Shown here piece after piece: positions 1-7,940 of a stretch of 35,349 nt of DNA (positions are counted from its first letter, which is position 1; every line of letters begins with the position of its first letter). The stretch is from positions 1 to 35,349 of the forward strand of contig CAZSPS010000426.1 of NCBI GenBank assembly GCA_964608875.1, written 5' to 3'. The stretch comes from an uncultured Ectothiorhodospiraceae bacterium (GTDB lineage: Bacteria; Pseudomonadota; Gammaproteobacteria; HK1). Below the pieces are notes generated by a model. It did not search any database. It was given only the letters and a program-made list of their open reading frames with translations, and was not told the origin of the DNA. The translations under genes and the position numbers were made by a program.

Positions 1-51
1 CCGCGTGGCTCGTCCACGTCGCGCGCGCGGTGGCGGAGGCGGCGGGCGAGG

Positions 52-1173
52 ATGCGGCGTCGCTGGCGGCGCGCACCACCGCCGCCGCGTGCGCCTTCTT
101 CGGCCTGCCGCCCGCGGACCCGGCGGGCGCCGCCGCCGCTGCCCGCGGGTAGGGAGCGGTCCTTGGACGGGCGCCCGGAGAGCGGTCCGCGCGGGGGTGC
201 GCCGCCGCCCCGGTACGCCGTCACCCTCTTAGGGCCGCGCGTCGAGGACGGGCACGCCGCGCGCGCCGCGGACGAGCTCGCCCGCCTCGGCCTGCGGGTC
301 GAGGGGGTGGAGCGCCTGTCTTCCGGCGGCGCGGTCCCCGCGGCGGCGGCGGATGCGCACACAGCCGCCGTCGAGATCGCCGTGCGCGGCGGTGCGGCCG
401 AGGACCCGCGCCGGCGCCCGGACGCGGGCGGGCTCCGCCGCGCGCTCCGGGGCGTCCTGCCGGAGGCGGAAGGGGTCGACGTCGTGGTGCAGCGCGCCGG
501 CCGTCGCCGTCGCGACCGGCGGCTGGTCTGCCTGGACATGGACTCGACCCTGGTGGACGCCGAGGTCATCGACGAGCTGGCGCGCGCGGCCGGGGCGGGG
601 GAGGAGGTCGCCGCCCTCACCGCCGCCGCGATGCGGGGCGAGATCGACTTCCCGACGGCGTTCCGCGCGCGGATCGGCCGGCTCGCGGGGCTTCGCGCCG
701 AAGTGTTCGAAGAGGTCGCCCGCGGGTTGCGCCTGACCCCGGGGGCCGCCCGCCTGGTCACCGCCCTCGGGCGCTCCGGGCGCCGGGTGGCGGTGGTCTC
801 GGGCGGCTTCGCCTGGGCCGTGCGCCGCGTCGGCGAGCGCTTCGGCCTTTGCTTCGACCACGTCCTCGCCCACGAGCTGGTGCTGCGGGAGGGGCGGCTC
901 ACCGGCGGCATCGAAGGCGAGGTCATCGACGGGCGGGCCAAGGCCGCCTTCGTGCGCGCGGCCGCGGCGCGCGAGGGGCTCGCGCGCGGGCAGGTGGCGG
1001 CGGCCGGGGACGGGGCGAACGACCTCGAGATGCTGCGCGCGGCCGGGCTCGGGGTCGCCTTTCGCGCGCATCCGGCGCTGCGCGAGCGCGCGCAGCACGT
1101 CCTCGACCATGCCGGCCTGGACGGTATCCTGTATCTTCTCGGCATGCGCGACCGGGAGATCGACGGCACGTGA
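52..1173 (+). CDS. serB: phosphoserine phosphatase (HAD family)
   Basis: The translation has the HAD nucleophile loop 'CLDMDSTLVDAEVIDELA' and the 'GDGANDLEML' motif. The first ~60 aa of the ORF are Arg/Pro-rich and may not be translated, so the start is uncertain. The stop TGA is at 1171-1173. Confidence 0.85.
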   Translation: MRRRWRRAPPPPRAPSSACRPRTRRAPPPLPAGRERSLDGRPESGPRGGAPPPRYAVTLLGPRVEDGHAARAADELARLGLRVEGVERLSSGGAVPAAAADAHTAAVEIAVRGGAAEDPRRRPDAGGLRRALRGVLPEAEGVDVVVQRAGRRRRDRRLVCLDMDSTLVDAEVIDELARAAGAGEEVAALTAAAMRGEIDFPTAFRARIGRLAGLRAEVFEEVARGLRLTPGAARLVTALGRSGRRVAVVSGGFAWAVRRVGERFGLCFDHVLAHELVLREGRLTGGIEGEVIDGRAKAAFVRAAAAREGLARGQVAAAGDGANDLEMLRAAGLGVAFRAHPALRERAQHVLDHAGLDGILYLLGMRDREIDGT

Positions 1174-1757
1174 CGGACCTCTACCGCGAGGCGCTCGCCC
1201 GCTTCGAAGAGGTGTTCGCGCGCGCGGGCGCGACCGGTCTGCGCGAGCCGACGGCGGCCACCCTCGCCACGGCCGACGCGCGCGGGCGGCCGTCGCTTCG
1301 CACCGTGCTCCTCAAGGACGCCGGTGAGGACGGCTTCGTCTTCTACACCAACGCCCGCAGCCGCAAGGGCCGCGAGCTCGGCGAGAACCCGCGGGCCGCG
1401 CTGCTCTTCTTCTGGCAGACGGTGTTCGAGCAGGTGCACGTCGAGGGTCCGGTGGCGCCGGTCGCGGACGCGGAGGCGGACGCGTACTGGGCGACCCGCA
1501 GCCGCGAGAGCCGGCTCGGCGCCTGGGCTTCGGATCAGTCCGCCCCGCTCGCCGCGCGCGCCGACCTTGAGGCCCGCTACCGCGAATACGAGGAGCGCTT
1601 CGCGGGCGCCGACGTGCCCCGGCCCCCGCACTGGCGGGGCTACCGCATCCGGCCCGAGCGCATCGAGTTCTGGCGGAGCGGCGCCCACCGCCTGCACGAG
1701 CGCGACTGTTACGAACGCGCCTCCGGGGGCTGGCGCATGGTCTGCCTCAACCCCTGA
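1170..1757 (+). CDS. pdxH: pyridoxamine 5'-phosphate oxidase
   Basis: An in-frame GTG at 1170 overlaps the serB stop (GTGA). The translation 'TDLYREALARFEE...PSLRTVLLKD...FVFYTN..S.KG.EL..NP.AALLFFW...RIEFWRSGAHRLHERDCY' matches the PdxH signature as I recall it from E. coli. Confidence 0.9.
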   Translation: MTDLYREALARFEEVFARAGATGLREPTAATLATADARGRPSLRTVLLKDAGEDGFVFYTNARSRKGRELGENPRAALLFFWQTVFEQVHVEGPVAPVADAEADAYWATRSRESRLGAWASDQSAPLAARADLEARYREYEERFAGADVPRPPHWRGYRIRPERIEFWRSGAHRLHERDCYERASGGWRMVCLNP

Positions 1758-1836
1758 CGGGGCCGCCTCCGGCTCCCCACTTCCCCCTCCTCGCACACCG
1801 CTGCGGGCCGCGCCCCGGCCGCCGTGCGCGCCCCCG

Positions 1837-2478
1837 CTATTCGGGCTCGGGGTCGCCGCCCTCTTCCTCGACCCGCGCCGCTTCCGCCATCAGGGCGACG
1901 AGGCGGTCGAGCTCCCGGAGCCGGGCCAGCGGGTCGTCGAGCTCCAGCAGGTGCTGGGCGCGGACCGCGGGGATGGGCAGGATCTCGGCGACCCGGTAGC
2001 CGGCCCACGCCGCGTCGCTCCACGACGCCTCGCCGGCCGGCGGGGGCGGGCGGTGCGCCCCCCATCCGAAGCGTTCCAGGAAGTCGCGGGCCAACTGCGC
2101 GAGCGGTTCGTACTCGTAGGGCACCCGCTCCTCGCGCTCGGCGAGCGGCTCGCAGCGTCCGAGCAGCAGCCGGTCCGGCGCGACGCGGGTCTCGAGCGTG
2201 CGGAACCGCTCCCGCCCGACGGCGGTGATGGTGAGGAGGCCCCGGTCGTCCCGGTTCCAGTCCACGATGCGGGCGAGGGTGCCGACCGGGTAGGGTTCCG
2301 CCGGGGCGCCGGTCTCGGACCCGGAGCGGATGAGGCAGACCCCGAACGGCCGCTCGTCGCGCAGGCACGCGCTCACCATGTCGAGGTAGCGCGGCTCGAA
2401 GATCCGCAGCGGCAGCGGCGCGCCCGGGAAGAGCACCGTGCCGAGCGGGAAGAGAGGAGTCTCGACCGTCCGCGCCAC
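1837..2478 (-). CDS. LON N-terminal substrate-binding domain protein
   Basis: The 213-aa ORF begins 'TPLFPLGTVLFPGAPLPLRIFEPRYLDMV', the typical Lon N-terminal (LON/PUA-like) domain motif. There is no ATPase or protease domain. Confidence 0.8.
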   Translation of the reverse strand: MARTVETPLFPLGTVLFPGAPLPLRIFEPRYLDMVSACLRDERPFGVCLIRSGSETGAPAEPYPVGTLARIVDWNRDDRGLLTITAVGRERFRTLETRVAPDRLLLGRCEPLAEREERVPYEYEPLAQLARDFLERFGWGAHRPPPPAGEASWSDAAWAGYRVAEILPIPAVRAQHLLELDDPLARLRELDRLVALMAEAARVEEEGGDPEPE

Positions 2479-2515
2479 CGTCCGCCTCCACGCCGCCCGC
2501 CCGCGCCGGGCGGCC

Positions 2516-3139
2516 CTATTCGCGCTCGGCCCCCCAGCGCGGGCCGAGATCGTGCTCCACCCCGATCCGGTCGAGGACGCGGGCGGCGACGAAGTCCACG
2601 AGGTCCGACACCGTCTGCGGACGGTGGTAGAAGCCGGGGTTCGCGGGCAGCACGACGGCCCCGGCGCGGGCGAGGCGCAGCATGTTCTCGAGGTGCACCG
2701 CCGACAGCGGGGTCTCGCGCACGACGAGGACCAGCCGGCGCCCTTCCTTCAGGGCCACGTCGGCCGCCCGCTCGATGAGGTTGCGGCTCGTGCCCGCCGC
2801 GATCGAGCCGAGGGCGCCGGTGGTGCAGGGGCACACCACCACGGCGGCGGGCGGGTTGGAGCCGCTGGCGCCGGGCGCGAACCAGTCGTCCTCGGCGAAC
2901 ACGCGCAAGGGGGCGTCGCCGCCGTGGCCGAGATGGGCGAGCAGCCCCTTGCGCATCTCGGCCGGACTCTTGCCGAGGCGAAGCGGCGTCTCGGTGTTCA
3001 CCACCGTGCGTCCGGGTCCGCTCAGGACGGTCTGCACCGGGCGCCCGGCGCGCAGCAGGACGTCGATGAGGCGAAGGCCGTAGGCGGCCCCGGACGCCCC
3101 GGTCATCGCCACCAGGACCGCGTCCCGCGCCGCGCTCAC
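2516..3139 (-). CDS. ubiX: flavin prenyltransferase UbiX
   Basis: This is the C-terminal 207 codons of the 2516..4201 ORF: 'VLVAMTGASGAAYGLRLIDVLL...VVCPCTTGALGSIAAGTSRNLIERAADVALKE.R.LVLVVRETPLS..HLENM'. The GTG start (rc of 'cac' at 3137-3139) overlaps the mpl stop. Confidence 0.9.
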   Translation of the reverse strand: MSAARDAVLVAMTGASGAAYGLRLIDVLLRAGRPVQTVLSGPGRTVVNTETPLRLGKSPAEMRKGLLAHLGHGGDAPLRVFAEDDWFAPGASGSNPPAAVVVCPCTTGALGSIAAGTSRNLIERAADVALKEGRRLVLVVRETPLSAVHLENMLRLARAGAVVLPANPGFYHRPQTVSDLVDFVAARVLDRIGVEHDLGPRWGAERE

Positions 3140-4566
3140 CGCACCGCTCCGGCATCGCCGCCGCCGCCGAGCCGGGCGAGCAGCCGTGCGTGCAGGCCGT
3201 CGAAGCTGCCGTTGCTCATGATCACCACGTGGTCGCCGGGGCGGGCGTCTCCCGCGACCGCCTCGATCAGGGATTCTACGTCGGAGCGGACGACGGCGCG
3301 GGCGCCAAGCGCCTCGGCGAGCGGCGGGGGGGCGTCCCGGCCGGCGCTCGCGGCCCCGCCGTTCAGGTCGAGCGCGAACACCGCGTCCGCCGTCTCGAGG
3401 CTCGGCCCGAGGGCATGGTGGTGGACGCCGAGCCGCATCGTGTTGGACTTGGGCTCCAGCACGGCCACGATGCGGTCCGCGCCCACCCGCGCGCGCAGCG
3501 CTTCGAGCGTCGCCCGGATCGCGGTCGGATGGTGCGCGAAGTCGTCGTAGACCGCGACCCCGCCGGGCTCGCCGATGCGCTCCAGGCGCCGGCGCACCCC
3601 CTCGAAGTCCGCGAGCGCGCGCGCCGCCTCCTCGATGCCCACCCCCGCCGTGCGGACGGCGGCGAGGGCCGCCGCCGCGTTGCGCAGGTTGTGCGCGCCG
3701 GCGAGCCGCCACCGGACCTCGACCCGCGTCTCGCGCCCGTCCTCGACCGCCACCGCCTCGAAGTGCGAGCCGTCGGGTTCGAGGGGCCGGGTCCACAGGG
3801 CGCCGTGGGCGGCTCCGAGCCGCAGCACCGGGGTCCAGCATCCCATGGCCAGCACCCGCTCCACCGCCGCCCGGCTCTCGCCGCCGGCGGCGTCCTCGCC
3901 CGGCTCGCCGCACACGATGCACCCGCTCCGGGGCACGGTGCGCACGGCGTGGTGGAACTGGCGCTCGATCGCGGCGAGGTCGTCGAAGATGTCCGCGTGG
4001 TCGTATTCGAGGTTGTTGACGACGAGGGTGCGGGGGCGGTAGTGCACGAGCTTCGAGCGCTTGTCGAAGAAGGCGGTGTCGTACTCGTCGGCTTCGATGA
4101 CGAAGGGGCGTCCGGCGCCGAGCCGTCCGGGCGCGCCGAGGCCGGGCGCGGACCCGCCCACCAGCCAGCCGGGCTCCTTGCCGGCGCGTTCGAGGATGCA
4201 CGCGGCGAGACTCGACACGGTGGTCTTGCCGTGGGTGCCGGCCACCGCGATGACGTGCCGTCCGGGGAGCACGTGGCGCGCCAGCCAGGCGGGGCCGGAC
4301 TCGCAGGCGAGCCCTTCGTCCAGCAGGTACTCGACGGCCGGGTTGCCGCGGGTGAGGGCGTTGCCCACGATCGTGAGGTCGGGCGCGGGCCGCAGGTGCT
4401 CGGGCCGGTAGCCCTCGCGCACCGGGATGCCGGCCGCCTCCAGCACCGTGCTCATGGGCGGATAGAGGCCCGTGTCGGAGCCTTCCACCTCGTGCCCCAG
4501 CTCGCGCGCGATCCCGGCGAGCGCCGCCATGAACGTCCCGCCGATGCCGAGGAAGTGCAGCCTCAC
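3136..4566 (-). CDS. mpl: UDP-N-acetylmuramate:L-alanyl-gamma-D-glutamyl-meso-diaminopimelate ligase
   Basis: The 476-aa ORF has the N-terminus 'MRLHFLGIGGTFMAALAGIARELGHEVEGSDTGLYPPMSTVLE', close to E. coli Mpl, and a Mur ligase P-loop 'AVAGTHGKTT'. Confidence 0.92.
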   Translation of the reverse strand: MRLHFLGIGGTFMAALAGIARELGHEVEGSDTGLYPPMSTVLEAAGIPVREGYRPEHLRPAPDLTIVGNALTRGNPAVEYLLDEGLACESGPAWLARHVLPGRHVIAVAGTHGKTTVSSLAACILERAGKEPGWLVGGSAPGLGAPGRLGAGRPFVIEADEYDTAFFDKRSKLVHYRPRTLVVNNLEYDHADIFDDLAAIERQFHHAVRTVPRSGCIVCGEPGEDAAGGESRAAVERVLAMGCWTPVLRLGAAHGALWTRPLEPDGSHFEAVAVEDGRETRVEVRWRLAGAHNLRNAAAALAAVRTAGVGIEEAARALADFEGVRRRLERIGEPGGVAVYDDFAHHPTAIRATLEALRARVGADRIVAVLEPKSNTMRLGVHHHALGPSLETADAVFALDLNGGAASAGRDAPPPLAEALGARAVVRSDVESLIEAVAGDARPGDHVVIMSNGSFDGLHARLLARLGGGGDAGAVR

Positions 4567-4612
4567 GCGCCCCGCCCTCCGCGCCCCGGTCCGGTGGCGG
4601 TTCCCGCCGCGC

Positions 4613-5158
4613 TCACGGCGCGCCCGTCATGGAGGCCGGCGGGCCGCCGAACAGGTGGTGCATGGCCATGGCGGAGAGCCAGAAGAAGGCGATGGATATC
4701 CCGACCCCGGCGCCGAGCCGCACATCGAGCGCGTGGCGCAGGACGTGGCCGCTCACCACCCAGCTCCAGACCAGGAGCGCGAGCCACAGCATGGTCGAGA
4801 AGAGGCCGAGGAAGCGCGGCCCCGGCGCCTCGGAGCCGGTCCCGAGCATCGCCGCCAGGGGCAGGCCCGCCGCCTCCAGCACCGCCCCGGCGCCCGCGAG
4901 CGCGGTGAGGGTCTGCACGAAGCGCTCCGGGGTCCCCCGCGCGTACAGGAGGGCGAGGGTGAAGAGGGCGAGCAGCGCGGCGCCGGTCGCGCCGACTGCG
5001 GCGGCGGCCGGGAGCGGGTAGTAGAAGGAGGAGATGAGCGCGCCCAGGACGGCGTAGGCGGCGGCCGTCACGACGAGCAGGAGGGACGACGCCGGCAGGT
5101 CCTGCGGGGCGAGGCGGAGCAGGCAGATGGCGACGAACGGTCGGACGATGGCGAACAA
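4613..5158 (-). CDS. hypothetical inner-membrane protein (multi-pass)
   Basis: The 181-aa ORF has several long hydrophobic stretches (e.g. 'LLLVVTAAAYAVLGALISSFYY', 'LFSTMLWLALLVWSWVVSGHVL'). I recognise no catalytic motif. It is co-directional with mpl, and the function is unknown. Confidence 0.6.
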   Translation of the reverse strand: MFAIVRPFVAICLLRLAPQDLPASSLLLVVTAAAYAVLGALISSFYYPLPAAAAVGATGAALLALFTLALLYARGTPERFVQTLTALAGAGAVLEAAGLPLAAMLGTGSEAPGPRFLGLFSTMLWLALLVWSWVVSGHVLRHALDVRLGAGVGISIAFFWLSAMAMHHLFGGPPASMTGAP

Positions 5159-5213
5159 GGGCGATCTTGCGCGGTGAGGATGCGGGGCGCGGGCGGAGCG
5201 GTCCGCACGGCGC

Positions 5214-5220
5214 TATTCTA
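5214..5220. promoter_or_regulatory. only AT-rich patch in the 5159-5267 divergent intergenic region; candidate -10 element
   Basis: 'tattcta' reads TATTCT on + and TAGAAT on -. It lies ~48 nt upstream of the 5268 ATG and ~57 nt upstream of the 5158 start. It is flanked by the inverted hexamers ACGGCG (5207-5212) and CGCCGT (5224-5229). Confidence 0.3.
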
Positions 5221-5267
5221 GCCCGCCGTACCGTCCGCGGGGCGAAGACGAGGGGAGGCGAGGCGCG

Positions 5268-5594
5268 ATGGACCGGACGACGGCCGGGGCCGCCGCAGCG
5301 GCGGCGGGGTGCGTATCCCTCGAGCCCTATGCGCTGCGGGTGCTCGACGACTCGATGGCGCCGGACTTCCCGGCGGGCGCCGTGGTGGTGGTGGAGCCGG
5401 GCGAGCCGCCGGTGGACGGGAGCTTCGTGGTGATCGAGCACGAGGGCGCGGTCATGCTGCGCCGGCTGCGCTGCGGGGGAGCCGGCGGCGGCGTGCGCTT
5501 CGAGGCGCCCGCGGCGCCCGCCGTGGTGCTCGCGGACGGCGCGTGGCGAAGGGCGGTGCGGGGGGTCGTGACCGCATCGAGGGCGCCGCGCTAG
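5268..5594 (+). CDS. minimal S24 (LexA/UmuD-like) peptidase-domain protein with no DNA-binding domain
   Basis: The 108-aa ORF 'ALRVLDDSMAPDFPAGAVVVVEP...DGSFVVIEHEGAVMLRRL' aligns by eye to LexA 'LLRVSGMSMKD...GDLLAVH...NGQVVVARIDDEVTVKRL'. The Ser position is retained and the Lys position is Arg. Confidence 0.7.
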   Translation: MDRTTAGAAAAAAGCVSLEPYALRVLDDSMAPDFPAGAVVVVEPGEPPVDGSFVVIEHEGAVMLRRLRCGGAGGGVRFEAPAAPAVVLADGAWRRAVRGVVTASRAPR

Positions 5595-5598
5595 CCCC

Positions 5599-6063
5599 TC
5601 ACCGCAGGTCCCCGCCGGGATCCGCGCGCGGCGTCCGCTCCAGCTCCAGCCTTCGGCGCGCGCGCTTCGTCGGCCGCCCCGGCCCCGCCGCACCGCGGGC
5701 GAGGCGCCGCGCGCGCCGCTCCTCGCGCTCGCGCTCGCGGCGCTCGACGCTCTCCGGGCGCTCCTCGTACAGGGTCCTCGCCTCGGCGGCGGGGCCGCGC
5801 CGCGCCGCCGCCGCCGTCAGCACCGTCACCTCCCAGCGCACGTCGCCGCGCCGGATCTGCAGGCGGTCCCCCGGCCGCACCCCCTTGGCGGGCTTCGCGC
5901 GCTGCCCGTTCAGGTGCACCTTGCCGCCGCTCACCGCCGCCGCCGCGGTGCTGCGGGTCTTGAAGAAGCGGGCGGCCCACAGCCACCGGTCGATGCGCAG
6001 CGCGGGCGCCGGGGCGCCCGCGGCCGGGGCGGTCCCGGAGCGGGAGGCGGACGAGGCCGGCAA
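5599..6063 (-). CDS. hslR: ribosome-associated heat shock protein Hsp15 (S4 RNA-binding domain)
   Basis: 'LRIDRWLWAARFFKTRSTAAAAVSGGKVHLNGQRAKPAKGV' matches E. coli HslR 'VRLDKWLWAARFYKTRALAREMIEGGKVHYNGQRSKPSK'. No in-frame ATG or GTG precedes the domain. The best candidate start is TTG at 6063-6061, with CTG at 6000-5998 as an alternative, so the start is uncertain. Confidence 0.75.
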   Translation of the reverse strand: MPASSASRSGTAPAAGAPAPALRIDRWLWAARFFKTRSTAAAAVSGGKVHLNGQRAKPAKGVRPGDRLQIRRGDVRWEVTVLTAAAARRGPAAEARTLYEERPESVERREREREERRARRLARGAAGPGRPTKRARRRLELERTPRADPGGDLR

Positions 6064-6079
6064 GCGCGCGCGTCCGGGG

Positions 6080-7570
6080 TCAGAAGCCCGCGAGCTGCTC
6101 GCCGGTCGGTTCGGCGCAGCAGTACCAGGGCTCGGAGTGGCAGGGGATGGCGGCGCCGAGGTCGTCCGGCAGCGGCGGCGCGGGCGCGCCGAGCGCCGCG
6201 TGCGCGAGGCGCCACGTCTCGGCGAAGGCCTCCTCCCGCCCGCCGCCGCGTTCGGCGAGCGCCGCGACCTCCGTCTGCAGGGCGTCCACGCGCGGGTCCG
6301 GATGGCGCCACGGGTAGCCGAGCATGGACGGGTCGAAGGGGTCGAGGAGGCGCTCCATCTCCGCCAGCTCGAGCAGCCGCGACCCGTGCGGGACCAGGAG
6401 GCGGATGGAGAGCTGGACCGGGGGCACGCTCGGCGCCAGCCCGAGGGCCGCGATCCGCTCGAGCAGGTCCCGGTACCCCTGGAGGGTGGTCCAGGGGGTG
6501 AAGGCCACGAAGGTCGGCGCGAGCGCGATGCCGGCCGCCCGCATGAGCGCCGCCGCCTCCTCGAAGTCGGCCGCCGTGTGGTTCTTGCGAAGGCGCGCGA
6601 GGATGGCGTCGTCGACCGACTCCACCGCCGAGGTGACGAACAGGCAACCCGCGTCGCGGAGCCGGGGCAGCCGCTCGCGGTGGCGGAGCAGGTGCTCGAT
6701 CTTGATGGTGGCGTCGAACGTGAGGCGGGGGTGCTCGGCGTGCATGGCCTCGACGATGCGAAGGGCGTGCGAGGGGCCGTTGAAGAAGTCCGGGTCGCCG
6801 AACGAGACGTGCTCCGCACCCGCCGCCACCTGGCGGCGGACGTCGGCCAGGACCACGTCGCGCGGCACCACCCGGAAGCGTCCGTCGTACACCGGCACCA
6901 CCGGGCAGTGGCGGCACAGGTGCTTGCAGCCGCGGCTCGCCTCCGTGAAGCCGACCACCCGCTCCTCCCCGCCGGGCAGCAGCAGCCGGGCGTAGCGGTC
7001 GAGGGCGGGGAGGCCGTCGCGGTCGGGGACGAGGAAGGGGATCTTGGCGAGCGAGACGCGCGCGCCCGGCTCCTGCGGCCCGTCCGGCGCCCGGCCGCCG
7101 AGCGCGAACGCCACCAGGTCGGGCTCGCTCTCCCCGCCGAACGCCGCATCCGCGCCGAGCCCCCGGAAGCGGGCCGCGTTGACCGGGGCGTAGAGTCCGA
7201 ACACGGCGAAGCGCGCGCCGGGGGCGAGCGCGCGCATCCGGGGGAAGGCGGCGGCGGCGATGCGGGCCGCGGTATGCATGGCGAGGTGCACCGCCACGGT
7301 CCCCGCCCCCCGGAACGCGTCCGGGTCGAGCCGCTCGCGCGAGAGGTCGAGGCAGCGCACCCGCAGGCCCGCCTCGCGCAGCCAAGCCGCCGCCTGTGCG
7401 ATCCCGAACGGCTGGCGTCCCAGCTCGTAGGGGCTCACCAGCACCACCGCGCCGCCGGCGGCGTGCGCGCCGGCTTCGGCGCCCGGAGGGCGGCGGCGCG
7501 CGTGGTACAGTGCCGGGGCGGCGTCCCCGCCGGACGGAGCTCGGTTCATGTTGTTCGCGATCCTGGTCAA
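6080..7570 (-). CDS. radical SAM protein with C-terminal CCAEP tail (CUAEP/CCAEP-tail radical SAM family), function unknown
   Basis: It has the radical SAM cluster motif 'CKHLCRHC' and a B12-binding-like N-terminal Rossmann region. The C-terminus is '...SEPWYCCAEPTGEQLAGF', with Cys-Cys encoded at 6116-6121 as TGC TGC. The start is uncertain: ATG at 7570, ATG at 7549, or GTG at 7447/7444. Confidence 0.8.
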   Translation of the reverse strand: MTRIANNMNRAPSGGDAAPALYHARRRPPGAEAGAHAAGGAVVLVSPYELGRQPFGIAQAAAWLREAGLRVRCLDLSRERLDPDAFRGAGTVAVHLAMHTAARIAAAAFPRMRALAPGARFAVFGLYAPVNAARFRGLGADAAFGGESEPDLVAFALGGRAPDGPQEPGARVSLAKIPFLVPDRDGLPALDRYARLLLPGGEERVVGFTEASRGCKHLCRHCPVVPVYDGRFRVVPRDVVLADVRRQVAAGAEHVSFGDPDFFNGPSHALRIVEAMHAEHPRLTFDATIKIEHLLRHRERLPRLRDAGCLFVTSAVESVDDAILARLRKNHTAADFEEAAALMRAAGIALAPTFVAFTPWTTLQGYRDLLERIAALGLAPSVPPVQLSIRLLVPHGSRLLELAEMERLLDPFDPSMLGYPWRHPDPRVDALQTEVAALAERGGGREEAFAETWRLAHAALGAPAPPLPDDLGAAIPCHSEPWYCCAEPTGEQLAGF

Positions 7571-7940
7571 CGCGGGACCTTACCAGCACCAGGGCTCCGA
7601 CACCGCCTGGCACTTCACGCGCGCGGCGCTCGACGGCGGGCACGAGGTGCTGCGCGTCTTCTTCTACCACGACGGGGCGAACAACGGTAACCGCCTCGCC
7701 GTGCCGCCCCAGGACGAGCGCGACGTGGGCGCGCGCTGGAGCCGGCTCGCGCGCGAGCGCGGGCTCGACCTCGTGGTGTGCGTGGCGGCCGGGCAGCGCC
7801 GCGGCATCCTCGACGCGGCCGAGCGCGAGCGCCACGGCAAGGACGCCGACGTACTCGCCCCGGGCTTCCGGATCGCGGGCCTGGGGCTCCTGGCCGAGGC
7901 CGCGATCCTCGCCGACCGCTTCGTGACCTTCGCCGGATGA
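7548..7940 (+). CDS. dsrE: sulfurtransferase complex subunit DsrE
   Basis: The 130-aa protein 'MLFAILVNAGPYQHQGSDTAWHF...VFFYHDGANNG...PPQDE...LVVCVAAGQRRG...FRIAGLG.L.EAAI.ADR.V.F' is near-colinear with Allochromatium vinosum DsrE as I recall it, including the active-site Cys context. Confidence 0.92.
   Translation: MLFAILVNAGPYQHQGSDTAWHFTRAALDGGHEVLRVFFYHDGANNGNRLAVPPQDERDVGARWSRLARERGLDLVVCVAAGQRRGILDAAERERHGKDADVLAPGFRIAGLGLLAEAAILADRFVTFAG

Noticed and set aside
5201-5238. The inverted hexamers ACGGCG/CGCCGT, flanked by direct GTCCGC repeats upstream of the S24-like gene, could be an SOS or LexA box.
   Set aside because: It does not match the gammaproteobacterial LexA box CTGT-N8-ACAG. 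The arms are only 6 bp, and the adjacent protein has no DNA-binding domain. I kept it only as context for a weak promoter call.
6107-6121. A selenocysteine codon or SECIS element in the radical SAM tail, as in the CUAEP form of the family.
   Set aside because: Both tail cysteines are encoded by TGC and no in-frame TGA is present, so this is the Cys-Cys (CCAEP) form.
7501-7520. 'TGGTACAGTGCC' upstream of dsrE resembles a sigma-54 -24/-12 promoter.
   Set aside because: The GG and GC elements are not at the required spacing (TGGCAC-N5-TTGC), and the GC follows after only 6 nt.
5309-7690. A 793-aa plus-strand ORF, plus the 634-aa and 516-aa minus-strand ORFs, all overlapping the radical SAM gene region.
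   Set aside because: Only the 6080..7570 frame carries the CxxxCxxC cluster motif and a globular composition. The 516-aa ORF is real only in its last ~154 codons, which encode hslR.
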